The position numbers and the translations under genes are program-made. The notes beneath the pieces were generated by a model. That model was not told the DNA's origin, made no database searches, and worked only from the letters and a program-made list of their open reading frames with translations. Positions 11,601 through 23,600 of a stretch of 64,000 nt of DNA are shown here, piece by piece (the first letter of the stretch is position 1; every line of letters begins with the position of its first letter). The stretch is from Macrostomum lignano (taxonomy: Eukaryota): assembly GCA_002269645.1 (NCBI GenBank), contig NIVC01000384.1, positions 434,001 to 498,000 on the forward strand, read 5' to 3'.

Positions 11601-14600
11601 GGAAATATCGATCTTTCTCCGAAACAGTATCTGCGATTAAAGCGATACAGAAGATCGTTGCGTGAATTGGCAGACACAAAATTGTCTATAAATAGGAAGA
11701 AGAATATGCTTCTCTCGAATCCTCAAGTCGGTGGCTTTCTACCCATCCTTGCATCTGTTGCTGCACCGCTAATATCAAGCCTGTTTGGCGGACTACTTGG
11801 TCGCTAAAATGAATAAATACGTTGTTGTACCAGAAGAAGAATTTAATAGACTAAGTCAAGGCGCACCCCGAGAAATTGCATCCAAAACAGAATATGAAAA
11901 ACTCATTGAATACAACACTCAACTCCAAAATAAACTAAGTCAGATCAAGCAAAAGAAGAGTAATCGTTTTCCTGAACGACAACAACGTGTTTGGGACATG
12001 CTGACAGAAAGATACCCAAATTTGGAGTACAACAAGTCGTGGGAAATTGTATTTGATGGAAAAACCTGGCCAGGAAGCAATATTTTCGATCTATTGAAGG
12101 AGATTACATCGAATGAAAGGCGCGACCGCCCAAGCCCAAAATATAGTACCGCTTTTTGGGCCCTGGCCGAAGAGGCAGATATTGCAAAAGCTCTACTAGG
12201 ACGACGCCAACAAGAAGAAGTCAGTGTGAAAAAAGAAGTCGGCACGGATCCGGATCGAGACGATTTTTTAGTCGAGCAAGCAATTGGAACTAATGATTTC
12301 TACAACGACTTCCACAAAGACCAAGCCAGTGGCCTGAATGAAATTAAAAAATATGAAGATCGTGGCAGCGATGCCTACAGGCATGCTTCATACCAACTTC
12401 GCGAACCAAAGAGGCGGCAGAAACCAGCAGTAAAATACGAGACGTTAAAAAAACTATAAATAGAAATCATTTTCATGATATATAATCTGTTTTTGGATCA
12501 TGGGTGCCGCAGCTGTAACTTCAAAGCTTTGCTCAGACAAACCGTCTGTGGAGTTCAAGTGTAATTACTCATGCTGTGCATCGAATCTAGTTGCGAATGA
12601 GGGTGAAAACCGCTCTTCGGAGAGTGTACGAACAGGGGGACGCCGCTTTTACAAATGCTGCCCGTGTATATCAGGAGGCCAAACGGCTGGTCCCCTCCCT
12701 GACGAGACGCCAAACCGACGAATGGCTGAAGACCCAATCGAGCTACACCCGGCACAAGAGGGTTAAAAGAAAATTCCAAACAGGAAAAGTAATGTCAGGA
12801 GGCTTCATGGAAACTGTGCAAGCGGATTTGATGGACATGTCGCGATACGAACAATGGAATGATGGTCATCGATATATTCTAGTTGCAATTGACGTGCTTA
12901 GTAAATTGGCTTTTTGCAGCAATAAAATTGAAAAGCGACACTCCAAAGGCTTTTGAAAGCATGATCAAAGACTTCCCCATTAAGCCTTTATATCTACACG
13001 TTGATCGAGGTACCGAGTTTTATAACAATCGCATGCAGAACTTACTGAAAGCCCATAATATCAAAATGTACAGTACAAACTCTGTATACAAGGCAAATAT
13101 GGCTGAAAGGCTGATTAGGACTCTCCGAAAACGTTTAGCTCGCTACTTTGAGCATAAAAACACGTGGCGTTGGATCGACTATTTGCCAATATTGGTTAAA
13201 AGTTACAACAACACAGTACACTCTACTATTGATATGAAACCTTCGAGTGTCGGTCTGCACAATCAAAAAGAATTGTGGGAAAAGCTCTACAAGGATCCTG
13301 AATATGATGAACCAGTTTACCAAAAAGGGGACTTTGTCAGAATTTCAAAATCTCGTCGAGCCTTTGACAAGGAAGCATACGATATGTACAGCGAAGAAGT
13401 TTACGTTTTGTCTCAAGTATGCCCGGGACCGCCTCATTTTTATCGCATTTCCGACCTCATCATTTCGTTAGTTGGCGCGGCTATCCCGAGTCGTTCAATG
13501 CATATGTACCAGTTGAGGAAGTTATAAATATAAGACAAGGATGAGCACACATACACTCGAAACGTGTAGTATATTACAATGCATCTATTCCTATCTAGCA
13601 ATGCGTGCGTTGAGCACTATCCTGAGAATAATTCGGCACATTATAGCATTAATTTGCCCGACACCCTCCACTTTCCGAATCATGAAGTCTGCATCGAACG
13701 GATCTACTTTTGTAAAGAATTCAAAACCGTCCCCGATAATCGAATGGTTGATGTCCTGACCAACGCTCCCGAGGATGAAGTGATTGACATTGAGGTGAGA
13801 GAAAAACCCGCCTCCACGTATAAACAGTTTGCGTCGGTTTCTCTCCTCGCGGGGCTATCAACAGCCAACGAAGTGGTTGATGCAATCATCGCCGATCTAA
13901 AATATGAGCAAGACGATAATGCGATGATTTGCATTGAGCGTTCACAGGAAGGCCAAATTTCAATTGTGAACAAATCATGGTATGGTGCGAACATTAGGCT
14001 GTCCAGTAATGTGCGTAGCATGTTTAAAAAGGTTGATGACGCTGGAAATAAATCAAATATCGAAGTAACGACTTTTTTATTAAACCCAAGAAATTCGTTA
14101 GTATTCGCTATAGAATTGGAGTCCTCCTCCTCCATAGAGAGTCCCATGACTCTAACGTTTGAAAAGAGTGTCTGGCCTTCTAGAACGTCACTGCGGATTG
14201 CTAAAGGATTCTACCGCACGCCTGATGAGCTCTTAAATTATGTTAATGGAGCGCTTTGGGGCGTCGTTTCAAAGCTCCCAATAAGTCCAGCGACGAGAGT
14301 GGATGCATTCCGCTACAACCCTTTTCTGAACCGGTGTGAGTACAAACCATTGAAAACATTTTATTCGACATTGGAGAGCTTGCTGCCATTCTCGGCTTTC
14401 GCGAAGATGTTTTCAATGAAACTCCAAAGACCGCTAAACGACCAATCGATTTAACAAATGGTGTACAAACTATGTACATCTATTCAAATATTGTCGACTC
14501 TGCCATTGTTGGAGACGTCAAAGTCCCCCTGCTTGGGGCAATTCCTTTGAATGAAAAGGTATACGGCGAACGAGAGTACTACGAGTTTGTCAATCCATCC

Positions 14601-17600
14601 TACTTACCGTTGGTGAAACACCCATTCAAAACCATTGAGGTGCAAATCTGTGACGATATGGGCAAGTTAATGGATCGGATTCTTCGAGGCAAAACTGTTT
14701 TATCGATCAACATTCGTGAAATTAAGCTATAAATAAAGAAGTTTTCACGAATAAAAGGTAGCAACTGATCGACAATATGCCTTCAATCTTGATCGGAGGA
14801 GCTTTACCGGTATTTTCCGGTGCACAGCGCGGCAACGGCCTGTTTGGCAGCATTGCCCGATTTGCCCTGCCAATTTTAAAGAGTTTTGGCAAAAATATTC
14901 TTCGCCACGGAACACGAGCCCTAGCTACAACAGTTAGCGACACACTCGATCAAGGCGGGAACTTGAAAGAAGCGGCATTGCGTAACTCTGTCCAGGCAGC
15001 TAAAGATGCTTTCAAGGACACAGTCGCACAACGAGGTAGCGGCAGACAAAGACGAAGAAAGATGACTAACAAAAAAACGAGAAAAAGACTGCAGCATTCT
15101 GATATTTTCGACTCTATAAATAAAAAAACCCGTGCCAAAACTGATCTGTCTATTAGAGCACCACACTAAGCCGCTGTTGAAAGAAAAATGACTGAGTGCC
15201 TGTGTACAAAGTCGGAATTCGAGCTATTTGCTCCTCGCGCACACCAAATTGCTGCAATTAGCGCTACCACTGAAGAAGTTCACCCTGTTGCCAGTGTTGA
15301 AAATGCCAGCGTGGTCGAATTTAGGATTGTTGGTGGTGAGACGTTTATCGATCTTAACGACATTGACCTCGAGATTAAGGCCCGCGTTAAGCAGTCTAAT
15401 GGTACAAATCTTGCTGCTGATTCGAATGTTGCGCCGGTCAATTACGTCCTTGAAAGCATGTTTAAAAACGTCACGTTGACAATCAACGGGACACAAGTAG
15501 AGTCGAGCAATAACAACCACGCTTACAAGGCCTATATTCGCACGTGTTTGAATTACGGACACGATTCAAAAACCAATCAACTGAGAATGATGGGCTACGC
15601 AAAGGACGCTGGAGGTCAAATGGCTGTGGTTGGAAATCCTGGCTTTGTAGCCCGCAAGGCGATGGCGGCAAACTCACGCACTTTTCACCTTTATGGACCT
15701 CTTAGTTTAGACTTTTTTGTTACCAACGACCGAATGCTACTACCATACACTGATATGGTGACTACGCTGACCATGCACAATTCCGGCTTCGTTCTGGAAA
15801 ACCACGCGGACGGGGTTGATGCGCGGCTAGTACTCGAGAGTGCCAAACTACATGTGCGCCGCGTCAAGGCAAACCCCCAATTGGCATTGGAGATTGAAGA
15901 ACAACTAGGCAAACAGAATGCAATCTATCCGATTGAGCGACTTGTTGTGCACAACACTTCAGTGGCTGGCGGTGTTCGGGACATGTCAATCAACAATATA
16001 TTTCCTGAACAAAAGCCTAAACTAGTGGTTGTTGGCATGGTGAACAGCGGCGCGTACAACGGTGTGGCTACACATAACCCGTTTAATTTTGAGCCATTTA
16101 GTGCCGACAGTGTCGCTCTGTATAAGGACGGAGTCAGTCTGTGTGGACAACCGTTTACTCCTCGATTCGGTGTTCATAACTATGCTCGCGAGTATGCCAT
16201 GCTACTAAAAAGCCTAGGAAAGATGAATCGGGACCTGGATATTGACGTATCATATTCCGACTATGGAGCTGGCTACTGCTTCTTCGCCTGGAATCTCATG
16301 CCCGACATGGAGCTGGGCGGGCATAGCATGCCTCGCGAGCGAGGGAATCTGACGCTACAAATAAAGTTTTCTGCTGCCTTGGCCGCAGGAATCAACGTGT
16401 TGGTGTTTGGCTACTTTGACAATACTGTGCAAATCACTCGCGGTCGTCAGGTTATTCTAGACTACGTGTAGAAACAAACATCTCTTTTTTATTCTCGAAT
16501 AACGACCATATTCATGCCGATATGAATAGTCTAGATATATTAGAACGTCTAATACTACCTGTCCCTGTTCGAGTAACACCAGTTGACAGGATTCCGCAGC
16601 CTGTTTATCCTGCTGCATACGTGATTAACTTTGACACTGGCAATCTACCAGGCACTCACTGGGCTTTAATTTGTCTTCATGCCGATGAGAGCGTGACATT
16701 TTTTGACCCCTTGTGTATCGATCCTGTGCCAGATTTATTAAAGTTGTGGATCGCAAAGTATGTCCCTGTGGAGGTGGCCATGAACCGGCATCCTGTACAG
16801 CATCAGCTAAGTGTGACCTGCGGGGCTCATGTAATATTTGTGGCTGAAAAACACTTTCTGGAGGGTCTGTCAATTGAAAAAATATTGCGCGACTGTTATA
16901 GCACAAATCTTTACGAGAACGACTTGATGGTGCAGAATCACTGTCTACAAATAAAGCAGCATCATCCATAAATATGATTGGGCTGCCTATCAAAATGTAT
17001 CAAACAATAGACCCCGACTCTTTAAAATTTGCCCCCAAAACGTCGGCAATTTTTGCTGGGGTGGCTCAAAGCGGTAAGACCACACTTGTGAAAAACCTAT
17101 TGAGACAAGAATTTTTTCAAGATCCGAAGCCGATTCGCGTAGACTGGTTTGGCCACTATCCGGATCCTGAACTGTTTGAATTGCCGTACCCTGTAAATTT
17201 TCGTTCGTGTACATTTGATCCTGAACAATATGTCCCTGAACCAAATATTCTGCTTGTCGTCGACGACCAAATGCATGCCATGGAAAAGAGTGGCGCTTTT
17301 ACAACTTTTTTCACGCGCAAAGTCTCCCACGTGGGGTTCCGACTTTGGTATCTTGTGCAAAACCTGTTTGCAAAGGGTAAGGAGCACCGAACTCAGTCGC
17401 TCAATTCGAACTACCTTGTTTTATTCCGCAATGTACGGGATGCCAGCACAGTGTCTCATATTGCAAGGCAGCTGGTCCCCACTAATCCAAAAAGTTTTGT
17501 CAAAACGTATGAGGATGCTACTCGCGACCCCTACTCATACTTGATTGTAAACTGTTTGCAAAATGCTCCTGCTCGCTATTATTCAAACGTTTTGGGTCGT

Positions 17601-20600
17601 CACCCAATTGTGTATGCTAAATAAATATACGTATCAAAGTTCGGCCGGCTTTTTGTGTAAATATATATATACACCTTTTGAAAACTTATTTGGGAGAGGG
17701 GTTGGGGGATGACGTAATTGTCTCGGAGTGTCGACGAGGGCTGAATTCTAGAGAGTGAAGTATGGAAGGAGTGGAAATAACAGGCTGCAGCAGCGATTTA
17801 CAGCGGCTGACTCATCATGCCTCCGCGCGGGGCCGCCAATTAATTGTGAGGGGTCACAGACAATTCTGTGCGTACACCAATTTTGGGTGTATATATGGAC
17901 AGTAAATATGGACAAGTAATAATATGGACAGTTATGGGGTGGGCGGGCGCTACAATTCTGCGCGTACACCAATTTTGGGATGGACAGTAAATATGGACAA
18001 GTAATAATATGGACAGTTATGGGGTGGGTGGGCGCTCTAATTCTGCCAATTTTTGGTATATGGACAGTTAATATGGACAGTTAATTCTGCGTACACCAAT
18101 GCTGCATTGTGCGGGGCTGGGGGCGCGCGCGTTTCTGCGTACAACTGCTACGGTGAAGCGCTAATTATGCGTACTATATTGTACTGGTCGTCGCTGCTGT
18201 ACGACACAGTGTACACTGATTACATGTATAATTAGATTTACATGAGAGTATAAATGTCTCACATAATGACTCTGGACCAATTAGAATCGGTCTAATGTAT
18301 TTAGATAGGCGTTGAATTTGCATTGGCTCTGACACCCACCTCACCTCCAAAATCAACAACAATCTGCACATTACGTAGTCAGAATACACATGGACAGAAT
18401 ACACATGGACAGAATACACATGGACAGAATACACATGGACAGAATACACATGGACAGAATACACATGGACAGAATACACATGGACAGAATACACATGGAC
18501 AGAATACACATGGACAGAATACACATGGACAGAATACACATGGACAGAATCCACATGGACAGAATACAAATGGACAGAATAAACATGGACAGAATACACA
18601 TGGACAGAATACACATTGACAGAATACACATGGACAGAATACACATGGACAGAATACACATGGACAGAATACACATGGACAGAATACACATGGACAGAAT
18701 ACACATGGACAGAATACACATGGACAGAATACACATGGACAGAATACACATAAACAGAATACACACGCCAGGTCGTCGACATGCGCTGGGGAGTAAGAGA
18801 TGAGGCCACTGACGATCACATGACAACGGAGCTCTGCCTACGCGAGATCAAGACCTGTCAGAGAGTCAGCGTTGGCCCAAATTTTGTCGTCCTGCTCGGC
18901 CAGAAATACGGCTACCGGCCCGTCCCAACCCTGATCGACGCCCAGGAGTTCGACATGATCGTGGCCGCTGTGCGGCAGGGCGGCGCAGAGAAGGACGCAG
19001 CCTGCCTGGAGCGCTGGTACAAGCGCGACGCGAATATTGTGCCACCTGTGCAGGTCCTCCAGCCGATATCGTCCATATTGATTCACTTCAATAATAAGGT
19101 GAGAATTGGGGATTGGGGAAAGGGGAAGGGACAGAGCATCTAAATTATGGTTAATGCGTTGTTCATTCAACTTTGATAAATTGTGTAATGTGCAAGAAAA
19201 TCCTCTTTAATTAAATTCCATCACATACTAAAATAACTAGATGGGCCACTCAGGCGCAAAACAGCTTTCTACTTTCAGTTCAGTAGCAAAGAGGAATGCA
19301 TAAGCTATTTTATAAAAATAAAGGTGGCTGAGATGCTTTTGACTAACTTAGAAGCCAAGCTTGCCAACGTAAACAGCTTGCTAATTGGTTCAGCCATAAT
19401 GTACATTAGCCACTGAAATGTACATGGCAGATTTAGGCTGGAACAACCGAGTAAGACAAAAAAAATTGGGTGGTGGGGCAGGGTAAATATGTGTGGAGTT
19501 TGAGGGTTTAAGCTTGGGAGGGGGTAAGGGCCAATAAATGAGCCTTGGCTTTAAAAATACATTAAAATACTTCAGTTTAACTTGCTACTGAACTGAAAGT
19601 AGCTTACACGCAAATGCGCTGAGTGGCCTATCTAGTTATTCTAGTATCTGTGAGTTCAATTAAGCAATCTACTTTGATTTCTTTTGCAACACAAAAATTA
19701 CGAATTTCAGGACAAGGTGGGACGAAGCCTCTCTGTAATCTGATTTTAGATTAATTCATTTTAGAGGCTATTAATTCGGAGTTTTTTTAAGCTTTCAACG
19801 TTATTCTATCAGGTTTTACTTCTAATTGTTGTTTTGGGTGTCCCATATTATAAATAAATGACATAATTTATAACTGCCTGATAAATGTTTACAAGCTAAA
19901 TTGTGCTGCCAAATATCTGGATGTTAAAAATGAAACTTTAATATTAAACCCCGCTAAACTCTGCAAACTTGACTGCACAACTTCCCCAAAAACCGCAGGG
20001 CATGCAAAAAATGATGGAAGCTCACCAGAACGAATGGTGGTCCACAATGTCCTCGATGCAAGTGATCTTTCGACAGGCCGCCGATTCGCTGTTTGCCCAG
20101 GGAAAACTTGACGCAGACCAGAGGCACAACTATTTCATGTCGGGTGCGTTTCCAAGCTGATTTTGAATTTTTGACAGCATCATTAGATCGGTAAAAATGC
20201 CTGTGAAGTTTCCTAAACGCGTCCGAGAATCTGAGATTTCGAGGTTCTTTCCCGAGCAGTGTCCGAGGATCATTCCCAAACAGTGTCCGAGGATCATTCC
20301 AAAACAGTGTCCGAGGATCATTCCAAAACAGTGTCCGAGGATCATTCCCAAACAGTGTCCGAGGATCATTCCAAAACAGTGTCCGAGGATCATTCCAAAA
20401 CAGTGTCCGAGGATCATTCCAAAACAGTGTCCGAGGATCATTCCAAAACAGTGTCCGAGGATCATTCCAAAACAGTGTCCGAGGATCATTCCAAAACAGT
20501 GTCCGAGGATCATTCCCAAACAGTATCCGAGGATCATTCCAAAACAGTGTCCGAGGATCATTCCAAAACAGTGTCCGAGGATCATTCCCAAACAGTGTCC

Positions 20601-23600
20601 GAGGATCATTCCCAAACAGTGTCCGAGGATCTTTCCCAATTCCCAAATCGTGTCCGAGTATTTTTCTACCAATGTCCGAGAATACGAGGTCTGAGGATCT
20701 TTCCCGACTAGTGTCCCAGGCTATTTCCGGAATAGTGTCCGAGGAACTTTCCCAAAGTGTCCGAGACTCTTTGCTAAATAACGTCTGAGGATCTTTCCCA
20801 ACTATCAACTAACCAGTAGGAAAAAGCACTCAGAACAGTGTCCAAAGATGTTCCCGAGTATTGTTGGAGGATCTTTTACAGTTTTCGTGTCTCCGAGACT
20901 GAATCCTCTGAACTGTTTTCTAAAATTATCTTAAACAGTGTCTAATAATCTCGTCTAGAAAGCGTTCTCTAAAATCACCCTTAAACAGTGTCCGACCGTC
21001 AACAATGTGTGGAAGGGGTGTGGTTCTATCTGCTTGATAATTCCACTGGTGTTACCAAAGTTGTAAACAGGGATTTTCCTCTGTCTTAGTTGTGATAGAT
21101 TACAGTTCACCTCTGGGCATAAGTCTTAACATTGGTCTGAGTATATTAGTCTTATTATACATGTAGGTCGTAGTATATATCTACTGGTAGCGTTGTTATT
21201 CTGCACTGGTAGCATTTGTACTCTGTACAGGCAGCGTTCTTTGTAGGCCTGAGCGGTATATTACTGTTAGTAGTATACGTATTGCATGTATATCTCTTCC
21301 AGTCCTGGGAGTTTCTGAGATTAGAGGGTTACGGCCTTCGGTATTCTACGAGCATATATGATTCGAGATCTACTTCGTTTCTTCCTGGACTCGGTATTCT
21401 ACTTATCAGTAGTAAATAAGGTACATGCTCCTATTTCACTCTCAGAAAATTAACAGTCTTTTTATACAAATTTTTAGGATCGTTTTAAACAAAAGAATTA
21501 CAATTTTTTTAGAAAAAGCGCGTATTGAAACAAATTGTTTTTGTTAGAAACGCGCGGACTTCAAATTTCTAGAAAGATAATATTTTCCACAAATGCTCGC
21601 CAGACTCGCCAGACTCTGTTTTAGCGGCAATGTCCAAGCGAAACAGTAAAACTACGAGCGAACATTAGCCAATCAGAAAAGCTCTTCAATCGTTAACAAC
21701 CCACTAGATTTTTAACGGATCCCACGTACCGTCTCTGCCGTCCCATCAGTCACGGAGCGTGAGAACATTCACGGTATCCTAACCGCGGACAGCAACCACC
21801 GGCACACGCTGGCTTTCCTCCGCCAGCTGGAGGGCATCAGCCTAGAGAACTGGCGGACCGCCAGAAACTTCATAGACATGTCCGGCCCGGAGGTTGACCG
21901 AGAAGCCCAGCGGCTGATGGACGATCTGCGCGATCGAAAAATTCCGGAGCGCCTCAGAGCGTCCTCGATAATTCGGTATTCACAGCCGTGGGTAGATCCG
22001 TCTGGTATTCACCTGGATACGCATAAAGGTAATTAAGAAAAATTCTTGGATGAATAAACTGTTTGAACACATTTTTACTCTTTGTAGTTTAACCTGCTAG
22101 TTCCGCCTGTAGACACACGCGTTTCAAGTTCTATTTACGTTTTCTTCTTATTACAATATACTTTGGCACGCAGGTACACAAAGGGTGAACAGTGGTTCCT
22201 GACTTCTTTCTCGACAGGCATGTACAAAATTATAAATGCAACATGCCTTGGGGACTTGATGCTTAAATTTGTTCAGAAAAGCTTTATGCTACGACTCGAG
22301 AACGTCATCCAAAACCTGAAAAAGAGTTCGGCTCCTGTGTTTCAATGGATCGAGGCCTTTGACCACCGTGTCAAAGATTTTTCCATAAGCAAACTTAACA
22401 GTAGGAATACCAAGCAATTTTTCCTCCCGTCGAACTACCAAGGAGGGGGGGAAGTGGTTGATCTACAGATAGTTGCAACAGGATGTCTATAGTCACCTGG
22501 TGTCATCTGTTGAAGGTGCTGACGGCGTCGGGATGATAGTGGAATGCTTGAGAGACCAGCTGAAGATGTCCGGCAGTTTTGATTTTCCAACTGTCGAGGC
22601 TTGATCAGCGAAACTCGAGAAATTTGCAACTGCGTGTCTATAGTCACCTGGTGCCACCTGTTGAAGGTCCAGAAGCTCCGCCCAGGTAAAAGCCAGTGAC
22701 CAACGAAGTCAGAGCTGATGCAGACACATGTGATCGACATGCTAATGAAATTTGGAGGCACATTGGCGCACAGGGGTTGTATTGAATCCGACCCTCTGGC
22801 AGAATCGTGGAGTATCTCGACAGTCTTAAGGGCTTGCAACTTGATTCTTGTTTGAAAAGGTGCGCAACAAAACGTTAGCCCGTGTTTTTGTGCCTGCGTT
22901 GCTTCGTTCCTTAGCAGCAAAAAAATCTTCAAGGGGGATCTCCCTTGCTAGTTCTACTGTTAAACCTGTAGCCCAAACAGAAACGCCTTTTCCCTCCGCA
23001 GAGTACATTGACCAATTCTGCGACACTTTCTACATCCGGCTGGTGAAACTCATCGATCGAGGCGCCCGCCGCAACCGGCTCGTATCCAAGGACGCGACTC
23101 TGGCGGAGATCCTGCAACACCTGCTGGTATGCGCCAAGCTATGTGAGGTAAGTGGAGAAACGAGCCTTAATTAACCTAGGTAGTAGAACACACCGTTATT
23201 ATAATTCGTTTACCCCCTATAGGATAAAATATCCCAATAACCGATATTAGTCCTGGACATTAACGAGATTTTGTGACTGATGTCCAGAATCCGAAAACTT
23301 TTCAGCATCTAAAAGACTCATCCAAAGACGAAATGAAATGCAAATCGACTACAATTATTCAAACTTTTTAGCTTTTTCAGGGCCGCGAGGCCGACCTGCA
23401 GAAAATTCGCAACTACTGCCGCGACCCGGACAATCGGCAAATTTTTATCATCTACGGCGACCCCGGCTGCGGCAAGACGTCGCTGATGGCCAAGTCCTGC
23501 GGTCAGGTGAGCCGATGGGATGACAAAGCTTACTGGAGAAGAAACTTGAAAGTTTATAGCTAGCTAAATAGCTTTATTACGAGTAGTTAAACTTGATTTG

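Larger units (their letters stand above)
9062..15122 (+). promoter_or_regulatory. Recurrent TATA boxes in the Maverick: TATATAAG (~9359, ~10050) and TATAAATA (9062, 11409, 12455, 13523, 14728, 15115)
   Basis: Both fit TATAWAWR. Five of the six TATAAATA copies lie ~40-140 nt upstream of an ORF start (11451, 12500/12597, 13579, 14777, 15188). Promoter function is inferred. Confidence 0.6.
8291..18379 (+). mobile_element. Maverick/Polinton (adintovirus-like endogenous virus), 10,089 bp, lacking pPolB
   Basis: Termini 5'-ACTACGTAATGTGCAG...CTGCACATTACGTAGT-3'; 6-bp TSD CAGAAT at 8285-8290 and 18380-18385; ~530-bp TIRs. Contains integrase, penton, core proteins, MCP, adenain and A32-like ATPase, all on the + strand. 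A 6-bp TSD and this gene set are established Polinton hallmarks. Confidence 0.96.

Noticed and set aside
18380-18770. Tandem arrays (here and at 20245, 41695, 43470, 44600, 53060, 56895, 57945, 58845) as CRISPR arrays or repeat-protein genes
   Set aside because: The units are head-to-tail with no unique spacers, there are no cas genes, and they lie in eukaryotic introns. The long repetitive ORFs are open only because the units lack stops.
21030-21420. Strand-biased segment resembling a decayed LTR-retrotransposon piece
   Set aside because: No recognisable RT, integrase, LTR or PBS motif.
22484-22668. 35-bp direct repeat pair (TCTATAGTCACCTGGTG..A.CTGTTGAAGGT) 150 bp apart
   Set aside because: Only two copies and no associated structure; likely a remnant of an old duplication.
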